From: Candidatus Nanopusillus sp.
GTDB taxonomy: Archaea > Nanobdellota > Nanobdellia > Nanobdellales > Nanobdellaceae
DNA: 28,389 bases
Assembly (NCBI GenBank): GCA_046533775.1
Contig: JAWDOO010000007.1
Span: forward strand, 1-28,389
Direction: 5' to 3'
Shown here: one piece after another, positions 16,847 through 25,259 of the stretch
Layout of the letters: the number at the start of each line of letters is the position of its first letter
Numbering within the stretch: position 1 is the first letter of the stretch
Made by a program: the position numbers and the translations under genes
Notes under the pieces: model-generated
Database searches by the model: none
Seen by the model: the letters and a program-made list of their open reading frames with translations, nothing else
Told to the model about the DNA's origin: nothing

Positions 16847-17683
16847 TTAATTTGTATTGTCCATTATATTAGGTAGATTTTCTAATAAGTAAATTAACAT
16901 ATTAGCTTTTATATTGATCGTATTTTTAGCATTTACATAATCTTTAAGTGCTTGATTAACTATTTCAGTTATTTTTATACCATCCTCTTCAGAAAAATAT
17001 TTGAAATTTTCTATTGCATCTTTTATATTTATTTTTGGTGATAATTTATATTTATTTAATATATTTTCATAAGCATATATAATATCATTTGCAAAACAAT
17101 ATCCTAGAGAATAGGGTAAATAGGGTAATGGATTTTTTTCTTGTATAAATTCTTCGCATTTTTGTGTATTTTGTTCCATAATTTTATACACTTCAGGATA
17201 TTTATACAATTCATTTTTATAGAAATATACTAAAAATTCAACAAAAGAAGCTTTCCATTCATCATTAATACCTATTGAACGAAATATAACATGTCCAATT
17301 TCATGAATTAATATTGATTCGGCATCAGCTTTTGCGATAATTTTTTCTATGTCATCATCATTTTTATATACTGGCCATAATATCCCATTACGTGGTATAG
17401 TAAATAGATTACCAATATAACTTTCATTCAGATTAATCGAAACTCTATCTACAAAATTTTTTATCGAGTTTTTTATAATATAAATTGTTCCTGAATCATA
17501 CATTCCGCCAGTATTTTCATTTACTTTATCTTTTCCATATTTTTGTATTAATTCTTCTGGTGATTCTAATATTTTTAATTTTAGACCATCTTTAACTTTT
17601 ATACCATTATTATTGAAATATTCTATAGCTTCTTCAAAACTCTTTTTTATAATGTCGTCTAAATTATATCTGTTTTCTGACAT
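16847..17683 (-). CDS. Uncharacterised HExxH (zinc-metallopeptidase-like) protein, paralog 2
   Basis: HEIGH at 17291..17305. Collinear conserved blocks with the upstream paralog are listed in the findings. ATG at 17681..17683 (MSENRYNLDD) aligns with the paralog's N-terminus; the ORF track extends to 17743. Confidence 0.6.
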   Translation of the reverse strand: MSENRYNLDDIIKKSFEEAIEYFNNNGIKVKDGLKLKILESPEELIQKYGKDKVNENTGGMYDSGTIYIIKNSIKNFVDRVSINLNESYIGNLFTIPRNGILWPVYKNDDDIEKIIAKADAESILIHEIGHVIFRSIGINDEWKASFVEFLVYFYKNELYKYPEVYKIMEQNTQKCEEFIQEKNPLPYLPYSLGYCFANDIIYAYENILNKYKLSPKINIKDAIENFKYFSEEDGIKITEIVNQALKDYVNAKNTINIKANMLIYLLENLPNIMDNTN

Positions 17684-17767
17684 TACCATATAATAGTAGC
17701 AAAGGCTTATAATTTTTATTATTTCAAAATTTAGTACATTCAAATATATATTTCATAATTTTTTAAG

Positions 17768-18700
17768 CTAATAAATTATAATTTTAGTTATAGCATCTAA
17801 TTTAGATAAATTTTTAACTTCTTCTATAACATCTTTTATATTTAAATATGATGTTTTTTTATTTTTATCTATAATAATATTTGCATAGCATTCACCTAAA
17901 CCATAAGGATCAGTTATTAAGTTCTCAATATATTTTTTACATTCTATTATATTTTCTTTTATGATTTCATACGTTTCCGAATATTTTAGTAAATTGTACA
18001 TATCAATGTATGTTATATATTGCAAAGCAGAAACTGATAATTCCCAATCTGCTAAGTCCTCTCTATCAACAATAAAATGGTCTATTTCATGAATTATCTT
18101 ATTAGCAGCAAAAACTTTTGCTACATCTTTTTTTATATTTTTTCTCTTTGTATATAAGGGAGCAGATACAATACTAAATAGTGGCCATCCCAATCTAATA
18201 ATAGATGGTCCATTTATATTTACAGGACCCAATTCATTTAATATTTCATCTATACCTTTTTCTAATTGGTCTTTTATAATGTAAATTTCTTTTATTTCTG
18301 GTATACTCATCCCATAAATTTTTTCATTTTCAATAGGATATATAACATATTTAAGTATCTTCTTATTTAATTCCTTTATATCATCTGTATTATATATTTG
18401 CTTAAATAAATATATCTCACCTATATAAAATTCTCTAAGATTTTCTTTATTTATTATATATATATTATCATAATTGGATATTTGCTCCAATAAATTTTTA
18501 TCAATTGTATTAAGCTCTTGCTTTAATTTATTTATATCATATGTATTTATCATATAAGATAATTTCGATAATAAATCTGGAGATTCCAATACCCTCAGTC
18601 TTACACCTTTAATTTCTATACCAGCTTTTTTAAGATACCCTTTAAATTCTTTATAAAATTCTCTCATAATATAATCCAAACCATATTTATCTGCTGTCAT
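17768..18700 (-). CDS. Uncharacterised HExxH (zinc-metallopeptidase-like) protein, paralog 1
   Basis: 310-aa ORF with an ATG start and HEIDH at 18077..18091. Shares GVRLRVLESPDLL, IYIIK, GWP, LGECYAN and NIKDVIEE blocks with 16847..17683. Confidence 0.6.
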   Translation of the reverse strand: MTADKYGLDYIMREFYKEFKGYLKKAGIEIKGVRLRVLESPDLLSKLSYMINTYDINKLKQELNTIDKNLLEQISNYDNIYIINKENLREFYIGEIYLFKQIYNTDDIKELNKKILKYVIYPIENEKIYGMSIPEIKEIYIIKDQLEKGIDEILNELGPVNINGPSIIRLGWPLFSIVSAPLYTKRKNIKKDVAKVFAANKIIHEIDHFIVDREDLADWELSVSALQYITYIDMYNLLKYSETYEIIKENIIECKKYIENLITDPYGLGECYANIIIDKNKKTSYLNIKDVIEEVKNLSKLDAITKIIIY

Positions 18701-18769
18701 TAATACATAGTAATAAAAAATTTTATGATTATTATTTTTTAAAATCCTTTTTTATCAAATTTAATAAAT

Positions 18770-19974
18770 TTATATAACAGCTAAAAATAATGGTAAATTA
18801 TTTTCATCTAAAATTATTATATCTTTTGGATAATTTTTATGAGCTCTTTTAGATTTAATTTCTATTTTTAAATCATTTGCAATAACATCTATCTCATAAC
18901 TATTTCTATAATAATATACTTCTCTAAATCTTCTTTTTAAATGTGATTGCACAATCCATTCGTATAATGCACTTTCTAGAAATTCTACATTAGTCCATAA
19001 ACTTAAAGATTTTGCTAAATAAGGATCTAATATAAAAAATTTTCTCTCTTTTCTCCAAATTATCTGTTTTTCTTTAAATAGAGCATAATCTAATATGAAT
19101 AATCTTCTAAAAATTTCAATATAATCTTCAACAGTCTTATAAGAGACTCCAACTTCTTTTCCTATTGATAAAAAAGATAAAGGAGATGGGGCTTTAGATA
19201 AAATTGTAGATATAATTGCTTTAGATAATCCAATATTTCTTTCTGATCTTAAAATTTCATTTTCTATAGAATTTATAATTTGAAGACTTGCATCTCTATA
19301 ACTATTTATTGATAATGGATATCCACCAGTTTCGATATAATTTTCAAATTCTTTAAATATTTTTGGTTCTAATCCAGATAAATTATTCATACCTTCTAAA
19401 ATATTTTCATATCTATTTATTTTTATTCCTTTTATATTTAAATATTCTCTAAAACTTAATGGATAAACATATACATCCTTTCCATTCCCCCTTCTACCTG
19501 GAAACAATTCTACTTCTCCCTTTAATTTTATAGAGGAGGAACCTGTAATAGTTATAACATCATTTTTAAATTTTCCTATATCTATATATAATTTAATTGT
19601 TCTCCACCAATCATTTACATAAGTAATTTCATCTAAGAATATATATGATGTTTTTATATTTCTTTTTTCTTTTATTTTTAAATAATAATCAATTACTCTT
19701 CTTAACTCTTCAAAATTTGTTAAATTTGAACAATCATAATAAAATATAGACCAAGAATCTTTGTTTTCCAATAATTTATTTATTAACAATTTTATTCCAG
19801 TTGTTTTACCAACCTGCCTAGGTCCTATAATAAAATTTAGTGAAAAAGGTTCTAAAGAAATATCTTTTAACCATCAGGTACCCATCTTATTTTCATATTT
19901 TCCCATCTTTCTATTACTATATCTTTTTGATTAATATACCATGGGTTAAAGTAATATAATAGTTCATCATTCAT
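18770..19974 (-). pseudogene. COG1373-type AAA+ ATPase (AAA_14 + DUF4143-like C-terminus) with a frameshift near the 5' end
   Basis: Walker A GPRQVGKTT (19799..19825) lies upstream of the listed ORF (18770..19789, TTG start) in the same frame. That frame is closed by TGA just upstream of WLKDISLEPF. A different frame carries ATG 19972..19974 with MNDELLYYFNPWYINQKDIVIERWENMKIRWVPDG*. The C-terminus YEIDVIANDLKIEIKSK fits a D...ExK nuclease-like core. Confidence 0.7.
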
Positions 19975-20219
19975 ATTAGAACTAATACTTCTAATATATT
20001 TATAAATCATTAGAAGTTATACTTCTAATATTAAGGACTTATATAAAGTTTTATCTAACCTTCACTACTTAATTTTTATCAATAAGTTGACAAAACTAAA
20101 ATACAAAATTATTATTAATAAAAAATTATTAGAAGTGTAAATTCAACACAAAAGGTTATTAGTAGTATATTAATGTTTATTGCTTTATTATTATTAATTA
20201 TATAAGATCTTAATAATTT

Positions 20220-21236
20220 TTAGTTGGAATTAGAATTATTAACCATATAGTTTATTAAATTATTAACATATGGATTATTCCATAATCCAAAAGGATCTCC
20301 ATATCCATTCCAATTATATATTCCAATTATATTTATACCCATTTCATGTAACTGATTAATTATATCTTCATAATATTTTATTGTAGCCCGATATCCTTGT
20401 TCAGAAGTACCATTCCAATATCCAAGACTCCCAGAATTTATATAACCTTCCAAATCTCCATTTCTAAATCCCAATTCGCCTATGAAAAATTTAATATTAT
20501 TATTATCTGCAAATTGTTTATATTGCATAATAATACTTTTCATATATTCATTCATTGAAATATTTCCATTATTATAAATATAAGTTCCATATAATTTTAA
20601 ACCAACCATATTCAATTTTATTCCATAATTATTTAACAAATAATTATATAATTCTACTATTCTTTTAGAATTTCTCATATCTACATAATAAAATAAATTT
20701 AAGTTTGGTAAATACTTTTTCATTAAAGAATAATAATATGCTAACTTTTCTATTGGGACTTTATCAATTCCACTAAATCCAATAATAATATTTTCTCCGC
20801 TATTAGTAATATTTGATAAATATTTTAAAAATTCTTTAATATTTTGATCATATTGCGATAAATTTGGAATATTATCTCTATCAATTGTGACAAACAAATT
20901 TATATAAATTGGTTTTTTATTTTTATTATTTTCATATAAATATAATATTTGATCTAAAGAATGTTTATAATTGTCATTAAAAGTTACTATAACACCTTCT
21001 GTAATAGGAAAATTGCTTTGAAAATATGGATTCAATAATTTATAAGTTTCATTGCCAGGTTCCCATGGAACATCCCAAAATATATATTGTAAATTATTCA
21101 AATTATTTGAGAAATTTTTATATAGACTATTATTTATTCCATATTTAAAAAATTTAAAAATTAATGTTCCTAAAACAGCAGCTCTAACTAATTCAGTCAA
21201 ACCCAATAAAAATTCTCTTTTACTTTCATCTACCAT
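20220..21236 (-). CDS. Putative secreted or membrane-anchored TIM-barrel glycoside-hydrolase-like protein (family not assigned)
   Basis: The N-terminus SKREFLLGLTELVRAAVLGTLIF resembles a Tat-type signal or anchor. There is an alternating beta-strand-like pattern, and FFIGELGF resembles the clan GH-A nucleophile motif. No clear NEP acid/base motif was found. Confidence 0.35.
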   Translation of the reverse strand: MVDESKREFLLGLTELVRAAVLGTLIFKFFKYGINNSLYKNFSNNLNNLQYIFWDVPWEPGNETYKLLNPYFQSNFPITEGVIVTFNDNYKHSLDQILYLYENNKNKKPIYINLFVTIDRDNIPNLSQYDQNIKEFLKYLSNITNSGENIIIGFSGIDKVPIEKLAYYYSLMKKYLPNLNLFYYVDMRNSKRIVELYNYLLNNYGIKLNMVGLKLYGTYIYNNGNISMNEYMKSIIMQYKQFADNNNIKFFIGELGFRNGDLEGYINSGSLGYWNGTSEQGYRATIKYYEDIINQLHEMGINIIGIYNWNGYGDPFGLWNNPYVNNLINYMVNNSNSN

Positions 21237-21424
21237 TATTTAATATAAAAATTACAAGTTTGAAAAAGTAGATAATCTTGTACCTGCATTAATACTAGTG
21301 ATATTTTAGTAACTTCTGATGATTTCTCTAACTTTAAATAATAAGCTAAATTAAAGAAGCTTCCAATACACCAAATACCTGCTGCCAATAAACATTTTTG
21401 AAACTCTCTTCTAGTAAGCGCCAT
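21236..21424 (-). CDS. Small ORF with a twin-arginine-like N-terminus, overlapping the downstream gene start (TAATG)
   Basis: MALTRREFQKCLLAAGIWCIGSFF (RR motif plus a hydrophobic span). Its stop overlaps the ATG of 20220..21236 by 1 nt. The C-terminal half looks like low-information sequence, so it may be a remnant N-terminus. Confidence 0.3.
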   Translation of the reverse strand: MALTRREFQKCLLAAGIWCIGSFFNLAYYLKLEKSSEVTKISLVLMQVQDYLLFQTCNFYIK

Positions 21425-21572
21425 ATAATAATAATATTAAAACATTCTATAAATTTTCTATCTTAACAGTCCTGACGATGATAAATATATTTATATATTA
21501 ATAGCATTTAAAAATTCTACAAAATTTTATGAGAAAATATATTAATGCTTAAATATTCAATAAAATAACTTA

Positions 21573-22217
21573 TCAAATGTTTTCTAATATTTTTTTAATT
21601 TCCAATAATTTATTTTGTAGTAACTTATATCTATTAATTATTTCCTCCTTTTCTCTACTAATTTTATCTAAGTCAGATTTTATTCTACCAATTTCTATTT
21701 GTAAACTTTTTATTGTTTCTTCTTTATTATTTATGATATTTTTTAGTTCATCTCTTTCCATTTTTAATTTTTCAATTTCTTCTTTAAGATTTTTTACCTG
21801 ATTTTTTAGATCATCTAATTCTTTATTAGAACTATTAAACGATAAAATTAAATTTAATTGTCCCGATTTTATCTTTTCATACGTTTCTATTATAAGAGAA
21901 CCTGCCTTCGTTTTTCCACTAATATGATTTCTTATAGTTTCTTCTGATCTACCCAATTCATCTGCAATTAAACTTATTGGCATTCCTGCTTTATATCTTG
22001 CATAAGCTGCTGCTGCAATTGCTAAACTATCAATCCATGTAGATCTTTCATTTGGATCTTTTATTAATTCCAATATTTCTGGTCTATATAAAGTACCTAT
22101 AATTAGAAATGTTTCTAATTTTTTTATATCATTCTTTCCCAATGGATTTAATGGTATGCTTTTAAAATCTATATCTATTTTTTCAGATTGTGATTGTGAA
22201 GATATAGTATCTACCAT
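21573..22217 (-). CDS. HTH DNA-binding protein (COG1318-like) with a long C-terminal coiled coil
   Basis: The MPISLIADELGRSEETIRNHISGKTKAG helix-turn-helix block is followed by about 90 aa of heptad-like K/E/L/I sequence (LDDLKNQVKNLKEEIEKLKMERDELKNII...). Confidence 0.5.
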   Translation of the reverse strand: MVDTISSQSQSEKIDIDFKSIPLNPLGKNDIKKLETFLIIGTLYRPEILELIKDPNERSTWIDSLAIAAAAYARYKAGMPISLIADELGRSEETIRNHISGKTKAGSLIIETYEKIKSGQLNLILSFNSSNKELDDLKNQVKNLKEEIEKLKMERDELKNIINNKEETIKSLQIEIGRIKSDLDKISREKEEIINRYKLLQNKLLEIKKILENI

Positions 22218-22317
22218 AACAATATAGTTGTAAATTAACTTTTATAAATCAAATAAAAAGAATAAAATTTAATATATAAAAAATAAATATAAACTCTGAA
22301 ATAAAAAGTATTAAAAA

Positions 22318-22686
22318 TTATTCCTTATCAATTTTCCAGATAGTAAAAGCCAATAATATTTCTACTATATCTATTACCAATGCTATCTCAGCCAATACAT
22401 TTGTAAATAAAGCATTTATATTACCTCCTCTAATATATTGAACATATCCTACAGATAATGTTAATAGCATTATTATCCAAAATATAATATTTGGCAAATA
22501 ATATTTCTTCCAATTTAATAAGAATACTAGTCCAGATATTATAGATAATGCCACAAACATTCCTACAAATGCTCCAAATAATAAAGATACATTTACTGCT
22601 ACTGCTCCTGCTACTAACATATGTACTCCAGCCCAAAAAGTTGCTAATAACATTCCAATCCAACCAATTATTTCTTTTAATTCCAT
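22318..22686 (-). CDS. Small integral membrane protein (about 4 predicted TM helices), unknown function
   Basis: 122 aa, almost entirely hydrophobic segments (GWIGMLLATFWAGVHMLVAGAVAV, LLFGAFVGMFVALSIISGLVFLL, IIFWIIMLLTLSVGYV, LAEIALVIDIVEILLAFTIW). Confidence 0.55.
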   Translation of the reverse strand: MELKEIIGWIGMLLATFWAGVHMLVAGAVAVNVSLLFGAFVGMFVALSIISGLVFLLNWKKYYLPNIIFWIIMLLTLSVGYVQYIRGGNINALFTNVLAEIALVIDIVEILLAFTIWKIDKE

Positions 22687-22755
22687 CTTATAACTTTGTT
22701 ATAAAGGTTTATAAAATGTATAAAATTTATATTTAGGTGAGTATTATAAATATAA

Positions 22756-22935
22756 ATGAGAAGAAAAATTTTTGATGATTTTATGATTTTTATATGTTAT
22801 TATCTTCCAATATTTATTATAATTCTTGCAAGAGTTATATTTATTTTAACTTCAATATTTAAATATTACAATATTAATAATTCATCACAATATTATATTT
22901 CAATAAAAAACCAAAAATCAAAATTATTTATCTAA
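22756..22935 (+). CDS. Candidate 59-aa small membrane protein (not in the ORF track)
   Basis: ATG at 22756: MRRKIFDDFMIFICYYLPIFIIILARVIFILTSIFKYYNINNSSQYYISIKNQKSKLFI*. It has one hydrophobic span after a basic N-terminus and occupies an otherwise empty 321-bp intergenic region. It could be chance in AT-rich DNA. Confidence 0.25.
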   Translation: MRRKIFDDFMIFICYYLPIFIIILARVIFILTSIFKYYNINNSSQYYISIKNQKSKLFI

Positions 22936-23007
22936 TTTCTTATAAAACTCATATTTAATTAAAATTAAATTAATTCTTAATAAACAATAATATAATTTAA
23001 AAATAAT

Positions 23008-23463
23008 ATGAGGCTTTGGTCTTTACATCCAAAATACTTGGACAAACTTGGTCTTTTAGGTTTATGGAGAGAAAGTTTATTAGCACAAAAAGTATTGCTA
23101 GGAAAAACAAAAGGATATAGAAATCATCCACAATTAATAAGATTTAAGAAAACAAAAGATCCAATATTATATATAGGAACATATTTATATTATGTTTATT
23201 TAGAAGGAAAAAGAAGAGGATATAATTTTAATAAAGATAAAATAATTAAATATGATTTAAGATTAAAGATGCCAGTAACAATTGGTCAAATAAATTTCGA
23301 ATTTCAACATTTGCTTGAAAAACTTAAAGTAAGAGATAAAGAAAAATATGAAGAAATAAAGAATGAAAAAACAATAGAACCAAATCCAATATTTTATATT
23401 ATTGATGGAGATATTGAAGATTGGGAAAAAGATAAAAAAGTTTTAAATAAAAAGAAAAAATAG
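23008..23463 (+). CDS. Pyrimidine-dimer DNA glycosylase / AP lyase family protein (Pyr_excise, T4 endonuclease V-like)
   Basis: The N-terminus MRLWSLHPKYLDKLGLLGLWRESLLAQKVLLGKTKGYRNHPQLIRF matches the family signature as I recall it. Confidence 0.7.
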   Translation: MRLWSLHPKYLDKLGLLGLWRESLLAQKVLLGKTKGYRNHPQLIRFKKTKDPILYIGTYLYYVYLEGKRRGYNFNKDKIIKYDLRLKMPVTIGQINFEFQHLLEKLKVRDKEKYEEIKNEKTIEPNPIFYIIDGDIEDWEKDKKVLNKKKK

Positions 23464-23555
23464 TTTTTATCTTTAAAAATTATCTGAAAATAAATTATAT
23501 AAATGTTAATAAATCAAAACCAATATGATAAATCTTGTTAAAAAATATTTTATAT

Positions 23556-25199
23556 TTATAGATTTTTTATGTAATTTAATATTTCCTTAACTGAAAATGG
23601 TTCTCCAGAATGTTTTAATAATCTATTTTCAATTTCAATTCCCAATTCTTGTCTTATTAATTTTGATAATTGTCCAGTTAAATTATGCTCAATTGATACT
23701 ATTTCTTTTGATTCTTCTAACAAATATTTTATTTCTTTTGGAAATGGAGATAGATAAGATATATGCAAATATTTCCAACCTTTTAAATATTTTAATGATT
23801 CTAATATTGTCATCTTATTTGAACCCCAAGAAACAATTAATTTATTTCCTTCCCCATATATTTGATATGGCTCAAATTCTTTTACTTCCTTTTCAATTGA
23901 TTCTAATTTTTTCATTCTCTTTTCACTCATTTTTTGTCCAATTTCATGATTTTCTGTTTCTATACCAAATTCGTCATGTTCATATGATGATGCTTTTACA
24001 ATTGCATCAAAACCAGGTATCGCCCTTAATTGATAACCTTGATCATTTATTTTATAATTTTGATAATTCTTTGGAGGTTCTAAATCTATATATCTTGATA
24101 TTTCTATATTTGGTACATATATATAATCAAAATTCGTTTTGGATTCTCCTAAAAATAGATCTGACAATAATATTACTGGATTATTATATTTATATGCAAT
24201 ATGAAATGCTTCAATTGTCCTTTCAAAAGCTTCTGCAGGATCTCCAGGTGCAATAACAATTCTAGGAAATTCTCCATGACCAATACTTAATGATTCCAAT
24301 AGATCTGATTGATCTGTATGTGTTGCCATACCTGTTGAAGGTCCATATCTCTGAGCCCAATAAATTACTAAAGGAATTTCTGACATACCTGATAAGCTAA
24401 TTGCCTCCGCCATTAAATCTATACCACCTCCTGAGGATCCAACCATTACTTTTGCACCTGCATAAGATGCACCTAAAGCGATATTAATTACACCAATTTC
24501 GCTATCTGGTTGATATGTTATAATATTATATTTATCCCTTAAAGATGCTAAAATATGTAAAACTGGAGAAGCTGGAGTCATTGGATATGCAATATATATA
24601 TCTAAACCAGCAGCAATTGCTCCCAATGCAACTCCTTCAGAACCAGATAAATAGAATTGTTTCTTATATATTCTTTTTTCTATATTTTCTTTACTATTAA
24701 TATTTTGATCATTATAAACAATATCAATTAACTTTAATTCTTCAGGATCATTTATTCTTTTTTCAAATACATCTTTAACTATTTCTTTATCTATATTTAA
24801 ATATTTAAAAAATGCTAATAAGATAATTGTATTTTCATATTTTTTATTAATATTATATTTTTTATGATAATAATCTAAATCTACATCGATTTTTTTATTA
24901 TATACAACATTTTTTGGTCCAATTATTAATCCATTTTCCTTTAATTTTTTACTATGTAAATTTACTGTATTTTGATCAAATGCGATTATATAATCAAAAT
25001 CTTCAAAATATGGTGAATATATTTTCTCTTCAGATATACTAACAATATTATAATTATGTCCTCCCCTAATTAAACTCATATACCATCTATAATTAAATAC
25101 ATTATATCCCAATTTAATGAATACTCTTGATATCATATCTGCAGCAAAATCAATTCCCTGACCAGCCTGACCACCTATTAAAATATTTAGATCCACCAT
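23556..25199 (-). CDS. 2-oxoacid:ferredoxin oxidoreductase, fused gamma-alpha subunit
   Basis: N-terminal gamma-type LIGGQAGQGIDFAADMISR...IRGGHN, then the alpha-type GSEGVALGAIAAGLDIYIAYPMTPASPVL. No TPP-binding beta subunit gene lies on either side. Confidence 0.8.
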   Translation of the reverse strand: MVDLNILIGGQAGQGIDFAADMISRVFIKLGYNVFNYRWYMSLIRGGHNYNIVSISEEKIYSPYFEDFDYIIAFDQNTVNLHSKKLKENGLIIGPKNVVYNKKIDVDLDYYHKKYNINKKYENTIILLAFFKYLNIDKEIVKDVFEKRINDPEELKLIDIVYNDQNINSKENIEKRIYKKQFYLSGSEGVALGAIAAGLDIYIAYPMTPASPVLHILASLRDKYNIITYQPDSEIGVINIALGASYAGAKVMVGSSGGGIDLMAEAISLSGMSEIPLVIYWAQRYGPSTGMATHTDQSDLLESLSIGHGEFPRIVIAPGDPAEAFERTIEAFHIAYKYNNPVILLSDLFLGESKTNFDYIYVPNIEISRYIDLEPPKNYQNYKINDQGYQLRAIPGFDAIVKASSYEHDEFGIETENHEIGQKMSEKRMKKLESIEKEVKEFEPYQIYGEGNKLIVSWGSNKMTILESLKYLKGWKYLHISYLSPFPKEIKYLLEESKEIVSIEHNLTGQLSKLIRQELGIEIENRLLKHSGEPFSVKEILNYIKNL

Positions 25200-25259
25200 T
25201 ATTTTTTAATAAACTATAGCATATTTAAGATAATATTTTACCAAATTAGTAGTAAATTA

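Noticed and set aside
22430-22663. 77-aa alternative-frame ORF within the membrane protein gene
   Set aside because: It is on the same strand but out of frame with the longer 122-aa ORF, whose four clean hydrophobic helices are far more protein-like.
22770-22850. Possible C/D-box sRNAs. Sites considered: tgatga at 22776, ttgatga near 14741, and ctga sites near 21473, 22296 and 23484.
   Set aside because: No site has the full C (RUGAUGA) ... D' ... C' ... D (CUGA) arrangement within 50-70 nt with terminal pairing. Isolated boxes are expected by chance.
23597-24256. 219-aa plus-strand ORF inside the OFOR gene
   Set aside because: It is antisense to a strongly supported CDS, and its product is L/I/F-rich low-complexity sequence.
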